From Pseudogymnoascus verrucosus (Eukaryota), in NCBI GenBank assembly GCA_001662655.1, contig KV460206.1: a stretch of DNA of 64,000 nt, one strand, 5' to 3'. A model generated the notes under the pieces. The model ran no database searches and had not been told where the DNA came from. It saw only the letters and a program-made list of their open reading frames with translations. A program made the translations under genes and the position numbers. This document shows, one piece after another, positions 36,482 to 47,596 of this stretch; the first letter of the stretch is position 1, and each line of letters starts with the position of its first letter.

Positions 36482-37825
36482 CTATCTCCTCTGCTCCTGA
36501 CTACACCTCCTCCGATCCAACCTCTTCACCACACTCCCCAAGCAAACCTTCAACATCCCCTCCCCCGTCAACCTCGGCGCCTCCCCCTCCTCCGCCGGCC
36601 CCCCCATCCACGTACACGTATCCACCATATCCCTCACCCCCCCTCTCACCAACCCCTGAATCCCATCATCGAGCTCACTCAGTGCCTCCTTCGCACCCTC
36701 CTCATTCCCAACCTGGAAGAACTGCACGCCTATCTGATGGGGTGCCGCTTCGAGCTGATCCAGCTTCTTGGCCGCCACCAACAAGACGCTCTCGACGTCA
36801 TCACTGGGCACGCCATCGGTGATGGTCAGGATGTTGAGCGGCTTCACCGCGTCCATGGCGTCGGTGTTTAGAGCGCTGACGCCGTGCTGGGCGATGAGAT
36901 GCCCGAGGTAGGGCTTGAGAATCGCGCTTAGACGCGTGCCGGTTGGTGTTCCGCCACCGGGTCGGACGGCGGCGAAGATGGAGGTGATGCGCTCGGCTGT
37001 GGTGATGTTCCTGTATCCCCCGCCCGCGATGCCCTCAGTCGGCACGCCGGGGTCAGAGGACTTGTGGTTCAGGAAGTAGAGGTCTATCCCGTTTGTGTCG
37101 TGTGCGACGATGGTGGGGAGGAGAGCAGCGAGGGCTTGGGAGGTTTCGCGCCAGGAGCGCCCGGCCATGGAGCCGGAGTCGTCGATGAGGAGGACGGTGT
37201 CGAAGGTCGTGAGGAAGGAGTAGGGATCTTCTGGCCCGGCGCTGGTGGTGGTGATAGAGGCGGGAGGTGTGTAGGCGGGAGATGGGCCGAGGACGGGGCC
37301 GGATTCCGCGGTGGGAGAGGGTGTGTAAGCTGGTGGTGGCTCGTTGGAGGGGACGGTGAAGGCGTTGAATCCTGCGCGAACGGGACGGCGGGTTGGAGGG
37401 CTGGGGTTGAGGAGTTCAGAGCGCTCTGGGGGTTGGAGGGTAGATTGTGTTGCTGGGAGCTCGACGGGGGAGATTGGGGAGACTGGGGAGGGGGGTGCGC
37501 GGGAGGCTTCGCCCTCGTCGGCGGAGTTCCAGGAGTTGCGGGAGGAGGTGGAGAGATTGCTCTTCTTGCGGCGGAGAGAGGCTTTCAGGGAGGAGAACAT
37601 GTTGGTGGATTTGGGGGTGGAGAGGAGGGTGATGCCGGGGAGGGAGATGGGGGGGTCGGGTTGGATGGCGTTTGGATGTCTGGATGTTCGGCCGGTGCTG
37701 AAGTGGGAGTTGTCTACCAAGCCCAAGGGGCCCTGGCCGTGACTGTATGAGTAGATGTTGCGTGGGATGCTGTCGTCGACTGGTAGTTGCCATAAAGGTG
37801 TGTTGTTATATGGAGGAGAGGACAT
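36482..37825 (-). CDS. von Willebrand factor A domain protein
   Basis: DTVLLIDDSGSM (MIDAS), GGTPTG, ITDGVPSD, IGVQFFQVG..L.ELDD; Pro/Ser-rich N-terminus with a PPAY motif. Confidence 0.92.
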   Translation of the reverse strand: MSSPPYNNTPLWQLPVDDSIPRNIYSYSHGQGPLGLVDNSHFSTGRTSRHPNAIQPDPPISLPGITLLSTPKSTNMFSSLKASLRRKKSNLSTSSRNSWNSADEGEASRAPPSPVSPISPVELPATQSTLQPPERSELLNPSPPTRRPVRAGFNAFTVPSNEPPPAYTPSPTAESGPVLGPSPAYTPPASITTTSAGPEDPYSFLTTFDTVLLIDDSGSMAGRSWRETSQALAALLPTIVAHDTNGIDLYFLNHKSSDPGVPTEGIAGGGYRNITTAERITSIFAAVRPGGGTPTGTRLSAILKPYLGHLIAQHGVSALNTDAMDAVKPLNILTITDGVPSDDVESVLLVAAKKLDQLEAAPHQIGVQFFQVGNEEGAKEALSELDDGIQGLVRGGVRDMVDTCTWMGGPAEEGEAPRLTGEGMLKVCLGSVVKRLDRRRCSQEQRR

Positions 37826-38748
37826 GGTGTCGTTGGGAGGGTAGCTGTTTGCTACCAGGTGAATTTGGGGTGAAGTGTTTGTTTTGAGTCCGAGGTAACA
37901 AAGAAACCCAAAGGTCTTTGTGAAGTATGCGGATCTAGTTAGGATGATTCAGGTGTCTGGTAATACAGAGTACTCTGAATGTGTAGATGTGTAAGTGCTT
38001 AATGAGTAAGTCCATCTCAGTGAAGTCATGCATTTATTATATATATCACATTTCCAAGACTTCCAACATCCAACAACCCAACATGAACGCTGGTCATGGG
38101 CGGCAAAACGGCAGGTCTGACCTACATTGTGCCTTCTAGTATGCCTCTTTCACTGCCACTAAACATATTGGTCACAGAAATTGCCATCGTGCCCCTTGAT
38201 GGGCGCTTGTGTTGGCCTGGGCCAGCGCATAGAGATACCATACAATTGGAAAGTTTGCGTGACGCCGCCCGCCGCTGTGGATTGTATGTGGGGTCTGAAG
38301 TTGGGGTCGAGCAAGGCTGTGTCCCGAAACTATGTGTGGCTGTGATATCTGTGTGGGTGGGCACGTGGGCCAATCACAGTGGCGGTTTCAGCTGCTGCCG
38401 ACTACCGAAACGGCGCAGTTTCGCCAAGGCTGAGGGCGGTGCATTGCATCGGCGTGCCCATCAACATACTGTTCCCATCTTCTCTCAAAGCGTCTCCGGA
38501 TTCTCGGTCCCATGTGAGGGATTCAGGGGAGACACGAGGAAGTAGGCGATCTGTAAGGTAATCGGTAATCTGCCTCGGTTCGGCCTCGGCGAGAAGTCGC
38601 CATGGTTACGGGATTTAAGCTTTAAAGATCACCAGGGCTAATCGTGGCTCATTAGATCCTATGGAACATATTTCATCATTGTTTCCATCTATGTATTCAA
38701 AACAACGCCGCGCTTACCCGTAAATGACTCTCAAAGCGGCGCTACCCC

Positions 38749-40551
38749 TCATTCCTCCGGGGTCCAGTCCCAGCTGCCCGCCCCAAAGAACCTCTTCGAC
38801 AAAGCGCTCGACGTTAGAAAGCCCTCGAGTTTGAGTCTCGAATCCGTCGCCACGCTCTTTGTCAACCGGAAGGGTTCTACCCCTTCCACGCTCTCCCACG
38901 ACGTACTCGGCCGCTCTGCTTTCCAGTTTCCGCGGTCGATGCCGACTCCCGATGCTAGCATCGCCTGGATGAAATCCAGTGCGGGAATGAGCCTTGTACG
39001 TAACCCGCAGTGCGCGTGATTTTTGTCGTACTGGTAGGAGGGGCACTGTCGTAGGGCTGTGATGAGGTTCTCAATGTCTCCATCGTAGGGCTCGGGGTAA
39101 TCCTCCTCGTTGACTAGCAGGGGGGAGGTAAAGGCAAAGATACCCTTGTTAACGAAGAACTTGACCATCTCACCGAGCTGGAAGGAGTCGCAGGCGGCAG
39201 AAGAGTCATAGAACATCTTGCATTGCCGGTCGCGAGACGAATAGAGACGTATAAAGTGGGACTGAAGAGACGCGATGGTATGAAGGATGCAAGTTCGACG
39301 ATAATGGAGCTCGGCTACATACCGTCAGCTCTATAATTAGGACCGTGTGCCTGGAATGCCAGCCCTAAGGATTCGAGAGCCTCATAACGGTTTTTAGCTC
39401 GTCGCCAAGGCAACATCATAAGGTAGAGTATGAGTAGGACTTCCTACTCCTCTAACTTTAAGGCGTCTCCAACTATAAGGCATATTCATGACAAGGCTCC
39501 TAAAAGGCACCAAGCCATACAATCATAGCCTCGCGGGTATTACGTCGTAAACGACGAAATACACAAGAAACCAACATAGCCAAAAAGCACAATGACTCAA
39601 ACACATAAGAAATCCCACATTACCTTCAATCCCATCAGGCAAATCCCACCACACCCCCACCTGCCCACTCTGCATCCCTCCTCCCCCTCCCCACCTCGCA
39701 CTGCCCCTAAACACACACTCCTTCGTCGCCGCCGCAAACTTCACCCTATCCTCCAACAACCACGCCACCAACATCTTCTGCCTCAACAGCTCCTCGCTTG
39801 CAAAACTCACCGTCCCGTATGTCTGAGGCCACGGTACCCTCTTCGCGCCTCGAACATACCTTCCCACCGTAGCTGCGCAGTCGAAGCGATCTGCCATCAC
39901 TGCAAGGATCGCTAGGTATGGTATAGAGAGCTTGGACGTCGCGTCGCCGCTGTGGAGGATATGCAGGAGGTCTGCGAGTATAGGAGCGCGCCCGCCAACA
40001 TGTGTCGCGTCATCATCATCTGTGATAGCGACGCGGGGCAGGTCGGCGGGCTGTGCCTCAGTGGGTACAACGCCGCGAGCTTTGAGAGCGGCAAAGCTAC
40101 TCGCTATCTTCGTAGCTTCTTGAAATCGTGCGTCGGTGAGGAGGCGCGAGAAGTACGCAGAGGTCTTGGTGAGGGTATCGAGACGAACGCGGAAGAGCGT
40201 GCGGTCAGATGGCAGGCCGGGTTTGGAGAAGGGCGACAGTCGCGGAGGGAGGGCGGAGTTGAGCGCGAGGATTGTACGGGTTGAGTGGCTGTTGGTGAAG
40301 GTTATGTCGAGGAGGATATCGCCTGTGGCGCGGATATCGATGAGGTTGACTTCCTCCTTGTCGACGAGTAGAGTCTGGGGAGGCTCTGGAGAGGGCGCGG
40401 GCTTAGGCTCCTCTGTGTTGGCGGCCTTATGAGCGGACTTCGCATCGTCTTTGTTGGCGGCCTTATGTGCGGGCTTCGCATCGCCTTTGTTGGTGGCCTT
40501 TTGGGCGGGCTTCTGGGCGATCTTGCGTGTGCGGCTCGACTTTGTATCCAT
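38749..40551 (-). CDS. BTB/POZ-like fungal protein (intron 39315-39623)
   Basis: GDILLDI, FRV...L...SAYFSRLL...F.E, LA..ADRFDC; second exon ELHYRR.CIL..ACDSFQLGEM..HAHCGLR. Confidence 0.8.
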
Positions 40552-41049
40552 GGCTGATGAGGCGCGTTGAGGCGGACATCTGATGCGATGTCTCGTGCTG
40601 GCGGGAAAGTGTGTGCGTCGCTCCCCAGATCTGTTGTAAATGAAGTATATTTATGTTATATATGCATCATATGAATAACTATGTCGTATATAACCCGCTT
40701 ATGTGGCTGCCTTCCCAAAGATACTATCCCCAGTTATAGTATTGCCAGATCTTGGCATGGTCGCTCACCAAAACTGAACGCCATTCCGCCTAACTTGGAT
40801 GCGGTGAGGCTGTAAAAAACAGTGGATCGTTACAATCATACGGAGGGGGGAGAATCGTATAGCCGTCGATGTTCTAACAGGGCCCATCTACTTTGTCAGC
40901 CTTCCCCCGCCAAGACAAGGCTACCACCACCCTACCCTTCACAAAACAAAAAAATCGCGGGGCAGCACGTGACAACAACCTCTTTCTCACCTCCATACTT
41001 CCCCCCCTCGTGCTCGCCCTCACAAACCCACCGGGTTACAGAGGCCAAG

Positions 41050-42476
41050 ATGGAGTACCTCCTCCGCTTCATCCAGACGCACGAGACGTTTCGGTTGCCC
41101 GAAATCCAAGCCCTCGCCGACCTGGAAGGCATCCCCATGGAAGTCATCTCCTACAGCCTCGACGTACGTGCCCGTCCCCCCCCACCACCACCACTCCCTC
41201 ACTAACCCCCGTCTCCCAGTCCCCCTTCTGCACCCTCAAACTCCCTGATGACGATTCCGCCCGCCGCCTCCTAAGCCGCAGCATCACCGCAAAAGCAATC
41301 TACGCCCTCTGGGGCTCTGGTCCCACCTACCCCACGCTCCACGAGTCCGTCCTCGCCACATCCACGCCCTGGTGGCCGCAATTCCAAGGGCAGAGCTTCA
41401 AATTCACCATCGATAGCTTCCAGGGGTCGCGCACCCACGCCGATATCTGCGAGCTCATCAACTCCTTCGCATACATGTCCTTCACCGGCCCCGTGGCCCT
41501 CAAGAATCCAGATATGCGCTTCTGCGTCCTCGAGGACTGGGCGTTCGACGCGCAGGCTCACGGATCGAGTACACCGCAGCACCTCTACCTAGGGCGTCTG
41601 GTGGGGACGTCCCAGCGCGAGATAGTGGGGAAGTACGATCTTAAGAAGAGGAGATATATCAGCACCACATCCATGGACGCGGAACTCGCCCTAATCACCG
41701 CTAACATCGCACTCGCTCGCCCCGGCGCAATCTTCTACGACCCCTTTGTCGGCACGGGCTCCTTCCCAGTCGCATGCGCGCATTTCGGTGCCTTGGCATT
41801 CGGATCCGACATCGACGGGCGTGCGATCCGCGGGAAGGGGGGGAGAAATCTGAGGGCCAATTTCGCGCAGTATGACCTCGCGCCGGGGTTTGGTGATAGT
41901 TTCGTGGCGGATTTGACGAATAGCCCGTTACGGCCGGGACGGTATCTGGATGGGATCGTGTGTGACCCCCCCTATGGCGTGAGGGAGGGGTTGAAGGTGT
42001 TGGGGCATAGAGAGAAGAGGGTTGGGCCTGTGTATGATGGTCCCGACGCGCATCACTTGCAACCCGGGTACGTGCCACCGAAGCGGCCGTATTCCTTCTC
42101 CGCGATGGTAGGGGACCTCCTTGCCTTCGCAGCAGGGTCGTTAGTAGAGGATGGGCGACTAGCATTCTGGATGCCGACTGCGAATGAGGAGGAGGTGAGG
42201 CTTGAGGTGCCGGGACATCCGGATCTGGAGCTGTTGAGTGTGTGTACGCAGAGTTTTAATAAGTGGTCGAGACGGCTGTTGACGTATCGGAGGAGGGGGG
42301 AGGGGGAGGTGAGGGGGGCGTTGGTGGGGATTGATGGGACGAAGGTTGGGGGGGGGGAGGTGGAGGGGGGGGTGAGTGCGGATGAGTTGAATCCGTTTAG
42401 GAAGAGGTATTTTGAGGGGTTTGCGGCGAAGGGGGGAGAGAAGGGTGGGTTTGCGGGTGCGGGTGTGGGTGAGTGA
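41050..42476 (+). CDS. TRM11: tRNA (guanine10-N2)-methyltransferase (intron 41164-41219)
   Basis: MEYLLRFIQTHETFRLPE; YDLKKRRYISTTSMDAEL; YDPFVGTGS; GSDIDGR; CDPPYGVRE. Confidence 0.96.
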
Positions 42477-43552
42477 TGTGATGTGATGTGGTTGATGTGT
42501 TTATGACCTTAGATGCGTATATGCGTATAGACAAGAGGGTAGGAGTTGATTCCTTCCTCTTAATAGCTGTCCTAGAAACCCTCTGTGGGTAAATATAAAA
42601 GCAGTGACAAGCTAAAAATAAACAGATGGTGCCGTATTTATTAAGTCCGTAGGGATAACTTGTCAAATATTAAAATCTTCCCGCCTCTCTTAGTCATTAA
42701 CAAAGACAAGCATCACTCCAAAAAATCACATATAAAACCCGATTATAATAGAGAGCCATCTTAATTGAAGTAACCCATCTAAGAAACCAACCTCCATACT
42801 ATTCATACACACTCCCCCCTTGCCATGCTTCTCCCCCCCCACTAGAAAGCCAAATCTAGCAAAAACAACAAAAGCATCCCCTCCCCAATCCTCTAACATA
42901 GCAATCCCTTTTGCCCCCCTAATAAGCCGAAAACTCCATCCCCTTGGATTTTTAAAAAAGGAAGCTAGACGAACGAATACATACTGGGTTGCCGAGGCGA
43001 GGCGACACAATGATGTCCTCGCCCCGCCTAACCGTACGCAGTGTCTTCGCCTAGCTTCTCTTTATCCCCCCGGTCACTCCTGTGAAGAAGCTATAAAAAT
43101 GACCCAGGTAAACGCCGGACTTGTTTTTCTTTCCTCTCTCTTCTTTCCGATTTCCGATTTCCTACTCTCTTTCCTTCCTTATACAAAGCGGACGCATCAG
43201 ATCGATCTGTAGGAACGCCAACTCCAAGCCGAACCGTCATCGAGTTCTTTCTTTGAGTCGTTTGTTACTGAGAGTTGAAAGACAGCAACGGCAATGACGA
43301 CAACGTAAGTGTTCGTTCTTCAAGAACGTTTGCTGACACAAAAGAGGCATGCAACGATCTCGACCTCGATCTAGACCTCGATCTCGATCTGAACTTCCGA
43401 ACGAAGCAAGCAAGCTTGAAAGGCGCCTGTCCTCCTCTTCACGTATGGTTTATTTGCTCAACAAACATCATCAAACTCAGACAAATACATCTACCACACC
43501 ACCCCTCCACCACGACGTCTTTCCTCTAGACGCCGACCATCACGGAATCAAA

Positions 43553-46293
43553 TCACGGATTCCAAGGCCTACTCGCCAACTCGCAGAAGCGGCGAATGAC
43601 ATTCGTCGTCCCAGCACCATTGCCCTCGTCACGAACAAATCGCTTAGCAACCATAAGTTTACTCCTCGTATCCTGCTCATCAAGGTGCAGCGGCGCCTCA
43701 CTCTCAACGTACTCCGATACGCGCTGGCCAATGGCACGCACAATCGCAATCGAGTAGAGCACATCGCGGTTCTCGCGGCCATCGAGCAGACTCCTCAGCG
43801 CAGCAAGGGTCTCATCAACTTCCTTCGCCGAGCCGGGGTCATTGTCGTGCAAGCGCAGGGTGACGAAGTGGCCGAGATGGAACCAGAACTCCATCTCACG
43901 GAGCTTATGGTAGTCACCCGTCGCGGGGGGTTTAGTGAGGGAGTTCCCCTCCGCGATCTGGGAAGTGACGAGGTTCTCGAAGACAGCGAGGCGGGCAGCG
44001 GCCTCGATGGGGTCTTCGGCGGGGGGGATGCCGTCTAGGCGGGGAGGGGCGGGGGTTGCGGATGCAACTTCGGCGGCGGAGCGAACTAGGCAGGCGAGGG
44101 ACCAGACGACGCGGCCTTCGATGGAGGCGGTGTAGAGCATTTCGGCGGGGTTGTCCGGGGTGGCCTTGGCGAACTGGTTGAGGAGGATGGCGAACTGCTC
44201 CATGACGATCTTGTCTTTGAGGAGGTACTCGAGGCCGTCGGTGTAGTAGAAGCGGGATTCTAGGAAGCTTTCGAGGCCGTTGACGTAGATGGAGAGCCAG
44301 AGGTGCTTGATCTCGTCGATGGTGGCCTGTTCGGGTTTGAAGTCCTCAGCCTTGGAGGGCAGCTTTAGGAGGAGGTCATCGACCTTGCAGGGCTTGGCTG
44401 TGGTAATGAGGTCAGCGCTTCCGTCGTTGGAAAGGAGTGCAAGGAGACGGTTGGGAGAAAAGTTGTCCACTCGAAGTTTACCAGGCTTCTTAGGGGGTGT
44501 GCGAGGGGCCTGGCGCTTGTTTCGTCCACTGGATTGTTCCTTGGATTGTTCCTTGGAAATGGAAGCCTTCTGATTGCTATCTTTCACTTGAGGAGCATCA
44601 TTTACGCAGCTGGTGGATTGAGAATTACTCTTCGACAGCTGCGGTTGGTTTAGAGGACGCAACTTGCTTACTCCGGTATCTCCAGCTTGAAGAGCGGCCG
44701 TCTGAGAGTGGGCCACCTGAGAGTCTGACGTGGGTGGACTAGCAAAGCGGCTACGGCCTCCCACTTGGAGAGGATTGGTATAGCCCGATGTCTTTGGTGG
44801 GCACGGCGTTGGAGGGGACGATGAGGGAGGGCTGGACGAAAAAAATGGCGACGAGCGAGCTAGCTCATCTCCATAGAAATACTCCGTACCTTGGGTAAAC
44901 TGTGGTGCACCCTGTGGAGCCGCGACAGCCTCAAGCGCAGGGTCAATCGCGGACGAGTAATCGAACTGCTGCGCCGAGCCCGGAGAGCTCACGCCAGCCG
45001 ACAGCGACGCATCGAAAGCCATAGCTGGGACCTGTGCGCCGTAGCCCTGCAGCATGGACGGCTGGTTGCCGTACGGGTTGGCGGTCGCGAGGGTAGCGGC
45101 CTGGAGCGGCGCCAACGAGGGCGCGGGCTGGATGGGCGAGGGGCCGGGCTGCTGCTTGAAGATGGGGTCGTAGCCCAGGCACTCGCGCTTGGACTTCTGG
45201 CAGTTGCGGCACGCGGGGTGAGCTTCGTCGCACTGTGTTTCGGGGAATTGTTTGTCAGTATGGCGGTGCTAGCTTGGATGTTTTGATATGGGTGAGGGGA
45301 CGGGAGACGCTGGTTCGCGAGAGACGCGAGACGAGAACACGCGAAGGGAAGGTATGGATCGGGACCGATCTAAGGGAATATGCGAGAGGCACGAAGCGAA
45401 GCCTCGCGTCAAATCAACCGAAGGGAGCGAACGACAGACGCGAGAAAATTGTGGAAAGCGGGAAATTTTGGCGAACTGACCTTTATTCTTCTCTTCCTGC
45501 ACGTCAAACAGCCTGTTTTGGTTCGACGTTTGATCTCCTAGATGGAAAGGATGGAGCGTCAGCGATGACGATCATCAAATTGCCCTTAACCCTTCAGTCG
45601 CGGGTTAATGTTATCGGGGATGGGAATTGGGGATTGATTTCTATTTATTTTATTTACCTTCTTGTGTCGGCCGCCACTCATGACGCGGTTGTCTGGACCT
45701 GGCAGCGCGTATCGCATGTTCTGTCCCGTTGGGTCTGAGGTGACATTGGAATACTGGTGAGATGGGTGAGGAAGAGTCTGATTGTTATGGTAGTATGGGC
45801 CACCCATCTGCGCGACGGGCGGAGGCAGCTGGGAACCCATGTGCTGCGCGTGTTGCTGCTGCTGCTGCTGCTGCTGCTGAACTTGTTGCTGTTGTTGAGC
45901 TTGCATCTGCTGCTGCTGTTGCTGCTGCTGTTGTTGAGCTTGTTGATGGGGGTCGAGAGTGCGCATGCTGGGCAGTGAGATGGAACTGTTGCTCCCTGTC
46001 GGGCTTGCGCGGTATGGTTCGGGGACGAGTTGTTGGGTTGGAGCAGGGTAGGAGTACTGGGCGGCTGAAAGACCTGGCGAAGGGTAGGAAGTCGGACTTG
46101 GATAACTGGCAGGCGGCTGACGTGACGACTGAGCTCCAGATTGTTGCGGCTGCGACATCGACGGGGAGGGTGCAGAAGAGTCGATCGCGGTCGCGTTCTG
46201 GTTCGCGTGGGCGATCTGGGCGATCTGAGAGATCTGGTCGTCGGGGTCGTTCTGCAGCTCGACGTCGAGGTGGTTGCTGAGAGTAGGATCCAT
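43553..46293 (-). CDS. Zn2Cys6 transcription factor with polyQ N-terminus (introns 45538-45657, 45234-45480, probable 44398-44889)
   Basis: HKK|EIKRRTKTGCLTCRKRRIK|CDEAHPACRNCQKSKRECLGYDPIF; C-terminal domain LLDGRENRDVLYSIA..GTTNVIRRFC. Confidence 0.92.
45851..45946 (-). repeat. CAG/CAA polyglutamine tract
   Basis: (TGC/TGT)n on the + strand, encoding Q runs in the TF. Confidence 0.9.
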
Positions 46294-47090
46294 ACGGCGT
46301 GGATGTTGGGGGGTATTCGATTCGCAGGTTGGGAAAACGGTCGCGGGTGTTTCTTCGATCTACCAAGGCTGGCTGGCAGCTGGGTGGCTTGAACCTTTGG
46401 GGGTGGGTGAGGGGGGGTCCGAACTTTTCTGACTGGGGCCGCCGCAATTCCTCTCTCTTCTTAGGGGAAGGAGAAAGAAAGGTGCACAACAAAAATTTCG
46501 AAATTATGCAACTGTGTACCACCACAAGGGGATTGCAGTAGTTGCAGTAATTGAGTATCAACGGTTAAGGTGAGTAAGGTTGAATTGAGATAATCTGGGT
46601 TGTAGGTCCAGAATATGTTCGAGGGGGTATGAGGTACTGTCTGTAAGGCAGAGAATAAGGGTCGAGTACTCTCTGTTCTGTACAGAAAGTAGAGAAACTC
46701 TTACTAACTCTACTGTGATTGTGAGTACCGTTGAGTACCGTACAGGGACAGCACGGTCAATCAGTATAGCTTCTTTCCAGTAAGTAAGTCAGATCTCTTC
46801 AGATCTCTCCACTATGCAGCGCCGAGGCAGCAAGGGACAGAAGAGAACTGCAAGGTACTCCGTCGAAACTGTAGTACTTGTAGTACACTGTAACTTGCAC
46901 TGAGAGATACTTTCGTAGTGGTATATATCAGTAGAAAAAACAGTACAGATACTGTAATACCAGACAAGTCCAGTATAAACCACCGTAGTCCACTAGAGTC
47001 CACTGTAGTTCCGTTACAGTCCAGCCGCAGTCCCAACTTCTACAACTTTCTTATTACTTGTTATAAGACGACGTCCTAGTAGGCTCTCCC

Positions 47091-47240
47091 CCTAGACGAC
47101 GATAGACGACTCTAGTCGATAGACGATGATAGACGATGCGGGACCTGGAGATAGACGAACGGGATGGGTTGGAAGCGAGCTGAGGCGAGACGACGCGAGC
47201 TGAGGCGAGACGACGCGAGATGAGGCGAGACGAGACGAGC
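47091..47240. repeat. Short tandem repeats: TAGACGA units and ~2.5-3 copies of 20-bp TGAGGCGAGACGACGCGAGC
   Basis: Seen directly upstream of the Zn2Cys6 TF. Confidence 0.8.
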
Positions 47241-47596
47241 GAGGGAAGGCGAAAAGAAGGAGAGAAAGAGGAAGGGGAAAGATTCGAACGTGGGGGCCTG
47301 GAGATTGAGTGTTGATTGGGCATTGGGGGGTTTGAAAGGGCTACCGTAGTGAAAGAGAGGAGAGGATTCTACGGTTGACAGAGAGACAGGACAGAACAAT
47401 TTCTTGATATATCACGTGCAAGTTCATATTGTAATCCACGTGATATGGATATGGATATGGATATGCACGTGATGTACAGTTATACCAATTGTCAAGTCTG
47501 TGTATTCAATCTCCCGTCTCTCTATACATGTGATCCAACCCCCTCGTAATATACAATTCCGTACATACACCCATCCTACACCCTCCCGCCCCCTCC

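Noticed and set aside
43099..43391. Plus-strand splice-like signals, a small hairpin and (GAYCTC)n downstream of the C6 TF
   Set aside because: Could be an antisense transcript, but it is equally explained as 3'UTR low-complexity sequence.
47091..47240. CRISPR-like array
   Set aside because: Eukaryotic DNA, simple tandem repeats without spacers, and no cas genes.
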